DNA of 61,471 bases, filler included. It is 8 parts of 8 records of this genome, joined end to end, with 100 filler letters (N's around TTAATTAATTAA, not from the genome) between each part and the next. Parts side by side here need not be neighbours in the genome. Positions count along the whole stretch, not along the records: positions 41,768 to 49,976 come from SRR15195285_831; positions 50,077 to 55,412 come from SRR15195285_832; 6 more parts are not named here. The stretch is one strand, 5' to 3'. The notes beneath the pieces were generated by a model that saw only the letters and a program-made list of their open reading frames with translations, did not search any database and had not been told where the DNA came from. The stretch's first letter is position 1; every line of letters begins with the position of its first letter. Both the position numbers and the translations under genes were made by a program. Below are positions 42,463 to 53,100 of this stretch, piece after piece.

Positions 42463-45400
42463 ATGCGGCAGAGCCAGATGAAGGACGAGGATCGCCTCGG
42501 CGAGATCGACGACCTGCTGGGCGAACTCGACGCGGGAGATGGGGCCGCCTCGATGCGGATGGTGAGCCTGCCCGCCCGCCTACCTGCTTGCCACGCGATG
42601 GATGCGACAGGGTGAGCTGGCTGGCGGGCTGATGCGCGCTGTGCTTTGGGCGGCTGTTGCGTTTGTTGCGGGGCAGTCGACCATACACGCCGGCCCGACG
42701 ATGGGCTACGACGAGCGGCAGGCGCACGAAGATGCTCGAGAGCAGGACGCACTGCGCGGGTCGCGGCTGCCTCCGCGCTACGGCCAGCAGCCGGCTGAGC
42801 GTGCCTCGACGCCGCCCCGCGCCGGCCAGCGCGGTGGCCCTGGCCGTGGCGCTCCGCCTGGCCAGCGCGCCACGACCCCCCCGCGTAGAGCGGGCAACAA
42901 CGGGCCGGGCAGAGCCCCGCCCAAGCTGCCGCCGCTGCCAACGCGACAAGAGGTCCAGAGTGCGAAAAGCAGCAGACCAGACGATGCCCAGGCGGCCGCC
43001 GAGGCATTTCGTCGGGCGGATACGGACGGCAGCGGTGGCCTGGACAAGGGTGAGGTCAGACAGCGCCTGCACGATTACGGCCTGACCAACGTTTCGGCGC
43101 AGTACATCGACGGCATATTCTCGGTGTTTGACATCAACGGCGACGGCGTCCTGAGCCTGGAAGAGTTCGAGAAGCTCCACGATATGGTCATCAAGCGGCA
43201 CGAGGAGCAGTGGGCACGGCTGGAGAGCGGTGACACCGGCGCCCTCTGCCCGACCGGAGGTGGCGGGGTCAAAGTGCTGCACAAGGATACGAGGCCCTTG
43301 GCGTTCTACGAGAAGACTGGGCTGTTGATTACTGCGCTGGCCTTTGCATTCATTGGCCTCGGCTTCTTCATGAAGTCCCTCAACGAAGTGCAAGAGATGG
43401 CCAAGCAATGCAAGGCCGACATTTGCCAGAATGGAGCTAGGTGCGTCGACATCCTGCTTGGCAGCGAAGAAGCAGGCACAGCGCAGTACGAGTTCCAATG
43501 CGTGTGCCATGCTGGCTACGACGGGTCGACGTGCGAAGAAGACATCGACGAGTGCTCTTCGGCACCCTGCCAGAACGGCGGAGCGTGCACGCAGGGCGTG
43601 GACGAGTACGCCTGCACCTGCGTTGCTGGCTTTGTCGGCCAACGCTGTCAGACTGACATCGACGAGTGCCAGTCCCAGCCATGCATTAACCGCGGCACCT
43701 GCAACCAGCAGACGCAGTATGATCCTGCGTACACGGAAAGCCCGGACCCTCCCCTGGGGAGCTACACTTGTACGTGCCAGGACGGCTATGCAGGCGACAA
43801 CTGCGCAGACATTCTTCCAACGCGCCGATTCTTTAGCTTGCGTGCACCGTGTGTGGAGACGCAGTGCAACGACGTGCGCACTGTAGACAGCGCGACAGAA
43901 GTACTTGGGGCAGCTTTCGGTGTGCACGACGACAATCTGGTCGAGATGAACATCACGCGTTTCGATGGGGATGGGGACGGCCGCAGTGATGGCGATATGG
44001 TCAACTTCACCCTCAGTACGTACAGTGATGACATCAACGGGATGACGGTGTCGCACCTGTTGCCCGCGGGGTGGCGCGTGCTTGAGGCGGAGATCCAGGC
44101 GTGCGATGAGGCGCGTAGCGTGGACGCCCTATTCCCCAGCACTACGGACTGTGTGGCTCTGGATCCTGCCAACCCCACCGATAATGCAACGTGCAACGCT
44201 GTCAATGGCTCTGACCTTCGGACAGCGACTGCCTGTGAAGCGGTCAGGAGTTCCGCCGATGCAACACAACCAGCATGCGAGTACCTCTCAGATCGAGCAA
44301 CAAACATCATAGAATGCATTTCAAACTACGGCCAACTGAGGGTCGACGAAGACCTAGACTTATACATCCTCGAGGATTTGTCTAGTTCATTCACCGATGA
44401 CATTGACAGCCTAGCGGCACTCAGCCGGAAGTTCGTCTCCACCCTGGACCTCATGTTCAACTCCTACCGTGTCGGCATCGGGAGCTTTGTAGACGTGGGA
44501 GGATACTGCTTCAGGAATGATTTCAGCATCGCTGCGCTCACAGCTGAGGAACTACAGGACAGTATGAGCGAACTGCAAGTCTCAGGCCAGGGTTACTCTT
44601 GCCCGCATCGCGACCCAACCGACGGAGAGGCTATGACCACTGGCTTGTTCCAGGTTGGGCAACAGCACGCAGAGATCGGGTTCGACAGAGATGCGATGCG
44701 TGTTGTCTTGGCGAGCACAGACGACTTCTTCAAATTGGGCCCAGACGGTGACGATCACACAGCCGACGGGCAAGATACTGGTTGCGATGATCCTACAAGA
44801 TACTGCTCTAGAATCAACAGCATTGCAGAAGTGAACGCGTCGCTTCGAACCAGCAATCCACCGATCCGGCCAATCTTCGCTATTGCAGATCCAATAGATC
44901 TCGAACAGTATCGAGGAACACCAGATGAATGGCTCATCCCATACATGCTCGAACAGGACGAACGGAGAATAGAAGCGTACAGAAGTGTTATGACCGCACT
45001 CGGATACGACGCAGAGAAGTTCGTGACGAAGCTGTCATCAGACTCTTCCGATTTCGTTGAAATTGCTGTCATCGCCCTGCGTCAGGCAGTGGGAGACCTA
45101 CCAGAGGAGTGCCTGCCGGCTGACGAATGCGCAGTGCCGAACCCTTGCGGCCCATCGGAGTGTGTGGCAGTTTCTTCCAGCGAGATTTCTGCCGACGACG
45201 TCTCAAACTGTGCTAATGTGACGGGTGTCGCACTCGGTAATTCAAGTGCATGTGATGCGATCGTGATGGAGAACAATCAAGCGGAGCGGGCGTGCATGTA
45301 CCGATCACCCTCTTGCTACGACACACCGTACGGGCCGAAAGAGTGCACAAATTGCCCACTAGGTAGAGCGATGGACCCGACAACTGGTGGTTGTGATATC

Positions 45401-46915
45401 AATATCGATGAGTGCTGTAGTAGTCCTTGCAATCACGACGGCGCCTGCATTGATGGAGATGACCAGTACACTTGTGTGTGCACGGACGGTTGGGAAGGAT
45501 CCAACTGTGCTGTAGACACAGACGAGTGCGAGACTGCTGGATGTCAAAACGATGCTCTCTGTGTGAGCTCAAACATCTCAGATGCGAACAATCTTATTGC
45601 ACCAAATGAATTCGAGTGCATCTGTGTCGTCGGGTACTCAGGCGAGCTCTGCAGCGTCGATATGAACGAGTGTGCGAGCGGTCCGTGCGAAAATCGGGGG
45701 GCGTGTAGTGAAAGCAACACAGATGCCACCATTGCAGTAGATGACTGGACATGTGCGTGCGTGGCTGGTTATGAAGGCGACGACTGCAGCATTGACGTTG
45801 ACGAGTGTGCCAGTGAACCTTGTTTGAATGGTGGGGTCTGTGATCAGCCTGCTCCTGATCTTTTTGGCTGTGAGTGCACCACCTCGGACGAATTCTTTGC
45901 CGCGCACTACGAAGGCGAGTTTTGCGAGATTGAGCTGCCGATTGACTACACATACTTGGTCGTTGCCGTCGTGTCCGGCATTGTGCTGATCATCTCTACC
46001 TTCCTGGCGTGCTGTTATTATCACCATAAAAGCAATCTTGTGGTGTTCACAATCGAGACGCTCGATCGTGCTGACGGAGCAAATGGTGGTGAAATAATAG
46101 TCGAGATGCGCATGAAGACCTGGAATACGATCTATGATGTCCTGGCCGAGCTTGAGAGGCGTGAGCGCATTAGCAAGAGAGAGGCTAGGCTGTTCTTCAC
46201 GCCTCCTAGTGACGAGAGCAGGGACGACAGTATGCTCAACCCGAACCCCGATGGACCAACGCTTGCTGAACTCCATATCGTGACGGGATCAGTAGTGAAG
46301 CTGCTTCAGGTCTGGACAATACGGGTTAAAGACATGGGGGAGGGAACGGAGTATGAGCTACCGGTTGTAGAAAGGTAAACGATTGTCAGAAATGCGCGCG
46401 TCGTCAGCAGCAGCGTAGTGAGCAGCGGAAGCATCGCTGCTAACAATGAGGGTCGTGTTGCGTCATGGCTGCAGGCACTGGCGAGTACAGTCTGTGAAGA
46501 TGGCTGCCCAAGATGTCTCAGGAATTATGGCGTCGACTATGACACTCACGACAGAGGACTTAACTCCCCTTGAAGATACGGTGAGTTGGAACTGGAATGC
46601 TGCGAACTAACCTTGACGGCTCCCCACAATCCTTTGATGACTGTGCTCTCTTCGCAGACTGTTCTGAATGCGCATGCCATGTTCCTGCTGCAGGAATCTC
46701 TCCCTTCGTATACCTCGATTAGGAACGGCTCCATCTTGAATATGCATGGTCAACGCCCGGTGCAGAAGGTGGAACCACCACCACCGAAGCCAAAACCGAA
46801 GCTCGCAGCGAATAGCGTTGTTACAATGGGTAGGATGTTTGAAAAAGGCGAAATTCCCGGTAGCCATCTGAGCGATCTGCAGGAGGCGGACTTCATCCGC
46901 GGACGATGCTCATAG
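42463..46915 (+). CDS. Two-pass membrane receptor: cytoplasmic EF-hand pair - TM - 3 EGF - integrin beta I-like vWA - 5 EGF - TM - two ubiquitin-like domains; introns 42562-42676, 46375-46474, 46581-46693 (alternative acceptor 46657)
   Basis: EF-hands DTDGSGGLDKGE and DINGDGVLSLEEF; TM1 LLITALAFAFIGLGFFM; cbEGF repeats such as DIDECSSAPCQNGGAC. The vWA domain reads DLYILEDLSSSFTDD...YRVGIGSFVD...STDD...PIFAI. TM2 is LVVAVVSGIVLIISTFLA. Ubl1 is TIYDVLAELERRERISKREARLFF...TLAELHI, and Ubl2 is assembled across two introns. Confidence 0.85.
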
Positions 46916-47120
46916 AACGACTGGGTGAATGCGATAATGGGCTGCATGAAGTTGCTGCTACCAACAGGTCGCACGATCTGTCTCCTCCCGACAGGCTGCG
47001 CGCTGGTAGCTCAAGCATGCCACGATCAAGCATGGAGCCACGGTCGTGCAGTCGGTCGTCACTCATTAGCGAGACAAGATGTAATATTTGGGTTTGCAGA
47101 GTATAGAATGATGAGTTTAA

Positions 47121-49976
47121 TCAACGATGTAAATCGTCACGTCGAGAAGGCGAAGACATGATCCTTCGCGTTGCTTGTCCTGTGGCTGCACCGCTCCTGC
47201 AAACAAACACGCGTATCAGGCCACAATATATCAGATACGGTAGGTCAGATGCTAGGTCCCACTTCGCACATCGTAGCGTGGCGCCGATTGGCGAGGCAGG
47301 TCAGCTCACCCGAACGTAGCAATCGATGCGGCCGCCAGTTCCTTCTCGACCCGACGAAGCTGGTTCTCCACTTTGGCACGTGCGCGTTCTGCCTCCAGCA
47401 TTCGGTCGTGACTAACCGACTCCTTTCCAACGGCATCGGTTAGCCTCTCCTCGGCAAGCCGTAGTCGAGTTGACTGTGCTGCAGCAGCTGCGTCTCGTTC
47501 TGTTGCAAAGAGGGAACTTCGCAATTCTGCAACACAAACGATGTATCAGATATACGGATGGATCTGGCACGGTAGAGCTTCTATGAAATTCAGCGTGCTC
47601 AGATTCTCACCAGCCTCAGCAACTGCAGCGGCAACCTGTTGGTCTGCCGCCTGTTTGGCAGCTTCCGCATGTACCTGCATCCGTACCACCTCAGTCTCTG
47701 CCTCTCGCAGTGCGTCTGCAAGCCGTGCACTCTCTGCTTCGATACCCTGTCGTGCTGCAGCACCTGTCGCGACCTCTTCGCGGGCTGCCACAAGATGATC
47801 TTCGGCCGTCACCAGCTGCTGCTTTGTCACTGCTACACTCGTCTCGAGCCCCGCCGCTTTCGCCTGTAGCACTCCGACGGCTTTCAACGAGCTGGTTGCC
47901 TCTGCCACAGTCGCCTCCAGTTGCTCATTGGCTGACCGTACGCCTAGCAGCTCCTCGCGGTATCCTGCTGCTGCCTTCTCAGCCTCAGCACGCCGCTCTG
48001 TCTCCTGTTGCACCTGTGCAGCTGCAGCTGCCTCCAGCTCACGACGTGTTTGTTCGGCTTCCGCTTTGACAGCCTCGATGGCCACAACTGCCTGCTTTTT
48101 CATTGTACCGAGACCTAGCTCCGCCTGAGAATAGACGCTTTGCATTTCACTGATACGATTTCGCAGTGTTGAAACTTCTTGCTCAGCAACCTTTGCACGC
48201 TCGTATGCCACGTCTCGCTCTTCTGACAGCACTGTGTGTACCTCATAGGCCTGGTCATGCATCTGGTACAGGCCACGCTGCGCCACAGCTGAGTCTGTCT
48301 CCATCTGCTTTAGGGCTCCCCGCAGTATTGTTACCTCCTCTTCAGCCAGCATCGCCGTCTCAAGCTTTGACTCTGCGGTAAGTCGTGCCTCCTTCTCCTC
48401 TGTACAGCTCGCTTGTGCCTCTACGACGTCTTCTGCATACATCTGGGCGCGCGACTGTTCCTCCTCGAGCAAATGTGTCGTTTGTGCCAGTGCAAGCCGC
48501 AGAGCAGCAACCTCTCCGCTTAGCGTTTCGTACTGCGCAGGTCCACGCTCTTCCAGGTCTCGTAACACTGCGAGGCGGCTGCGCTCACGCTCGGCGGCTG
48601 TGGCCTCCGCGTCCTCGCGCAACGCCACAGATCGCGCCAATTGACCCTCTAAAGACTCTCGAAGCTCGACTTCCTCTCTCAGTCGCTCCAAGGCGTACTC
48701 CGCCTCATCCTTCCAGCCTTCTTCTGTGCGAGACATACGAGTCTCCGTCTGTACCATGATGGTTCGCATCCCGCTGTGCTGCTTGGCTCCCTCGTCATGA
48801 TACTGTGCTATATTTGAAACATACTTGCGTGCGTCGATGAACTCCGAGTACAACTCCTCGTCATCCATCATAAGCGGATTTGGTATGTCTTGCACACCAA
48901 AGCCATCGTTACCGAGTACCAAGCCTTCTGCGGCAGCCTGTGCTTCTTGCTCTTCAACGGCCTGGCGTTGAGCAGTGAGTCTTTCTGACTCCAAAATCTT
49001 CAATTTGTCCTGCGCACTATCACGCTCTACGCAAACAGTCTTGAGCGAACTCGCAGCTGCAGCAAGCCGCGTGACAGCCGCAGCAAGTGCTTCGCTGGTC
49101 TCGCGACTCTTTATCTCAAGCTGCTGTCGGTATTCCAACTCAGCTTCGAGTCGTGCCTCCGCCATCGCAGCGCGTTGCTCGTTTTGTGCTGCCTTGGCAA
49201 CTGCTGCCCTTTGCGTCTCCTCACGCTCTGACGCTGTCTGACGCAGTGCGACACTCACTTGCTTCGCCACCTCGCCCTGTTGCACACGCGCAAGTGAAGC
49301 AGCAGAGACCATGGCTTTTGAAAGCGCCGCTTCCACCCCAAGTAGCCTCTTTTCAGCTTTTGCCCTTGCGATGCGCTCCGACGCGTACTTCTCCTGCAAC
49401 TCTTGTGCAGTTGTCGTGCCAGCTGATTCAGCTGCCCGACCCATTGACCTTAGGAGTGAGACTTCATTGCGAGATTCCTCCAGCATCACCTCCACGCGCT
49501 GTCTCGCTTCAACCTCGCGATCTGCAGCATGGATCGCATCCTGTTCGCGCCGTTGTGCAACATGGGTAGCGTCCTCGGCGTTATGCTTGGCCTCGCGTAG
49601 CTCGTCCATCTGTCGAAGCAGCTCTCCGTTGCGCGCGTCCACGCTGATTGATGTTTCACGCGCCGTCTGCAGCTCCCGGCGCAGCGACGTAACCTCTTCC
49701 TGAAGGGCAACCACGACAGCGTGGTCAGCACCACCTGCTCCTGTCAGCACGGGCACATCATACCCAGGTCCAGACGGTGTGGCAATCGTAATCACATCGT
49801 CATTCGTAACTTCAGGTCGAACTGACTGCTCCTGCACTGTGTCTTCTGCAGCCACAGCCGCAGCGGCCGCCTGTGCTGCCGCCACCTGGGCCTCCAGCTC
49901 AGCCTTGGCAGTAGCTGCTTCCGCTGCAGCTGCTTCTGCCGCTGCCTGCTCCTGTGCAGCTGCGACAATCAGTGCA
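47121..49976 (-). CDS. Long Ala/Glu-rich coiled-coil protein, 5'-truncated, about 3 exons
   Basis: ORF 47546..49885 is open to the contig end with continuous heptad-like A/E/R/Q composition. GTGAG donors near 47610 and 47309 continue into ORF 47306..47524 and a short last exon. No family motif is recognised. Confidence 0.7.
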
Positions 49977-50076
49977 NNNNNNNNNNNNNNNNNNNNNNNN
50001 NNNNNNNNNNNNNNNNNNNNTTAATTAATTAANNNNNNNNNNNNNNNNNNNNNNNNNNNNNNNNNNNNNNNNNNNN
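49977..50076. other. Artificial contig spacer
   Basis: N44-TTAATTAATTAA-N44. Confidence 0.98.
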
Positions 50077-50102
50077 TGCTGCTGCTGCTGCTGCTGCTGC
50101 TG
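50077..50102. repeat. (CTG)n / polyQ-coding microsatellite at the contig break
   Basis: tgctgctgctgctgctgctgctgctg. Confidence 0.9.
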
Positions 50103-53100
50103 ACCCGCCATCTGCTGCTGGTGTTTCGTTGACTGTTGCTGTTGCTGCTTGCCTAGCCGCCCCTGTGATCCCGGTTTGGAAACTCGGCCCGCTGTGGCAT
50201 GCGCACCACCAATCGGCACGCCCGCTGAACGTCCTGTTCCAACACCACGCGCATGCTGCGAACGAACAGAACCAAAACCTCCTGCCGCAAATGTGGCTGG
50301 TGGCGAGTTGCCTTCCTGCCGACCACTTGCACTGCCCCCGCCTGCCGACGAGGACGATGCCCGTCGTCGAATTGTGGCCCGCTCTTCGTCGGTAAGAGAA
50401 AGTATGAGCTTACGAAGAGCATGGTTCGTGACGAGATTTCGATGGGGCAAAACTTGGTTGGTGATCGGAGAGGTCTGATGATTCGCAAGCCAGCTCTCTA
50501 TCGCCTTGCGCTCGTATCTGAAAAACACAACCACACGTCAACAACAGTTGCGCATAAATGTGGTCGAATGAATTTAGGACGAGGGGTGCGCAGTGCGACT
50601 CTGTGTCAGGACTGCCCATGCAACGAAATGGCAAGGAAGATACGCACGAATGCCCGAGGGCGTCAATCACTGGATCACGCATAATCTCGTGAGTGATTGG
50701 ACAGAGGCAGTCATTAAGACGATGATCTGACGATTCGAGTGTCCGCGTCAATTCTTCATCAACACTCAGCTGCGCTAGTTCCGCCACGGCACTGGTACAA
50801 GCCACCCGAGACAGACAGCGTGAGAACGAACTGCACGACACGAACCAAAGAGATCACCGCACAGCAAATGAATGGATCCTGCGGTAGTTCGCACTCGCAC
50901 CTGCCATCAAGGTCATCGTCGTCCATTCCAAGATCTCCGAGCAGGTCACGGCCCAAGGCCATCTCAATGTTGAAATCACCCTGTGGCGCGCTTCCATCAG
51001 CACCAGATGTTGACCCCACGGTGGGGCCCTCGCCGTTCGGCAATGACTCCTCGCCACGATTCTCTCCATCCGCGGTCTGCTCGTCCTCTTTCAACTGCTC
51101 TTCGTCCTTCAGGGCGTACTCAGCCATCTGTGCTTCAAAAGCTGCAGCCTCTGCTGCAATTTTAGCTTTCTCTCTTTCAGCTTCCTCTTCAGCGGCTTTT
51201 GCAGCGGCTACAGCCGCCGCGGCCTCTGCGGCTTCTTTCTCCTCAGCAGCCTTTTTCTCTGCGGCAGCTTTCTCTTCTTCCTGCTTCTTTCGACGCTCTG
51301 CTGCTTCTTTCTTTTTCTGCTCGGCTTTCGCAGCAGACTTTTTGATGTAATCGACCTCTGCCGCTTTGCACTTGGCCTGCAGTTCCGCCAGCTCTTCCTG
51401 TGATATTCCCCCACCAAACTGTGAATCAAGCATTTGCATAAGCGTCGGGACTTTCTCGATTGCACGTACTGCTTGCGTGCCTTCACCACGGTCCAGCATC
51501 TCCTGGGTCTTTGCCACTGCCTTTTCGATCCGTTCGATAGTTGCATCGTGTTTAGCACGTCGCTCCGCTAACGCACGTGCTGCAGCCTGCTCTTGCCGCT
51601 GCTGTTCTAGCTTCTCAAGCCGTTCCCGCTCGGCCGCTGCAGCTAGCTTGCGTTCCTCTTCTGCGGCCTTGCGTCTAGCCTTCTCTTCTGCGGCCTTAGC
51701 CTTTGCCTGCTCGGCAAGTGTCGCGGCCGCACTGAGAGCATCTTGCTTGTTTTGCTTCAGCCGCTCTATCTCCGCATCATCGTTAAGATCTGTTGCGACT
51801 CGGATCGCTTTGCTGAACGCTTTGGCTGCCCCGCTTGGGTCACCACTCCTCAACAGCTTCTGAGCTTTGGTTTCCTCGGTCTCTAGCTGCTTTTTCTTCG
51901 TAGCAAGCATCTGTTCTCGACGCTGGGCATCCTTTAAAGCGGCAGCTTCCTTCTGACGTTGCAACCGCGCCTCTTCCCGTTTTTTGCGATTGGCCTCTTC
52001 AACCTTTGCCTGCTCAGCCAAACGCGCTTCCTCGAGCAACCGACGCTCGGCTGCCTTCTTCGCCTCCTCCTTTCGCTGCTGCTCTCTTAGCTCTGCCATT
52101 TTCTCACGCTCGACTTCAGCCTCTGCCGCACGCTTGGCCTCTTCCAGCTGTCGTAACCTCGCCTCCTCCTGTCGAGCTTTGTCGGCGTCCAGCTTGTCTT
52201 GCCGTGCTCGCTCCCATGCCTGCATAATCCGCACACGCTGCGCCGGCACGTTTGCTAGCCATGCTCGACCAATTGCAAGCTCGCGTCGATCGGCCACCGT
52301 CGGACCATCGCAGTCGCCGTCCGCGAAGCGCTTTTCCCATCGCCCCCCTTCGTCAATCAAAAACATCAACATGCCCACCACTTCGTCAAAAAACACCGGG
52401 TCTGCTTGCTCACTTGAGTTCGAACTCCCACTCAAGATCGGCGGCACGCCTCTCATCAACTTGTCGTGCCGTGTCAAGCACGCATTCAGACACCCAAAGA
52501 TGTAGTCCTGCAACTTGTCCGTCAGTGTCAGCATGTGCTGCGCGAGGTCTGGATCAAGCGTCTCTCCCAACGCAGCAAGGTCGATCTCGTCGTCTACAAG
52601 CTTGGTCGCCCGCAGGTAGTCAAGGTTGAATTGTCGCTTCTGTGGACTGCGCGGGTTGGCGCAGTCGTATCGCGTGAGCGCTTTTGGAGCGCCGAACCCA
52701 CTTTGCACGATCGCGAGCGTTTCTTGCAGCTCTGTGGCAAGGCGATCCTTGATGGTTCTAGCCCGCCAGTCTCGCAAATCGTCTTTCAATGGCCGATTCA
52801 GCGGCTGGACCAGACCAAGCTTGTACAGCATCAACCGCGCCTTTACGTATGCCTGTTTGGCAACGTTTTTGTCGGCATCAAAGCTGTACCATAAGGTCGT
52901 GTACGTGATCAGCAACGAAAGGCATCCGGTCTGCAACATCGCCAGAGAGTACATGATGGTAGGTACGAAGTGCCCAAACATCCACTCCCCCATACCTGCT
53001 GTAAAAAAAGCTACCAATAATCGCCATAGCATCGTGTACGACCACACCAACAACGTCTTGAACGTGTAGTCCTGATCTTCTTCTGGAGGAAATTGGCAAG

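Noticed and set aside
42602-42676. Apparent signal peptide MRAVLWAAVAFVAGQ at the start of ORF 42602..46378
   Set aside because: It lies within a GTGAG...GCTGAT...GCAG intron (42562-42676) that joins an upstream in-frame exon. It is most likely intronic pyrimidine/GT-rich sequence, though RNA-seq is needed to confirm this.
42463-46915. Calling this gene a true integrin beta or Notch ortholog
   Set aside because: No PSI/hybrid/I-EGF arrangement or NPxY tail, and no LNR or ankyrin repeats. Only individual domains are shared.
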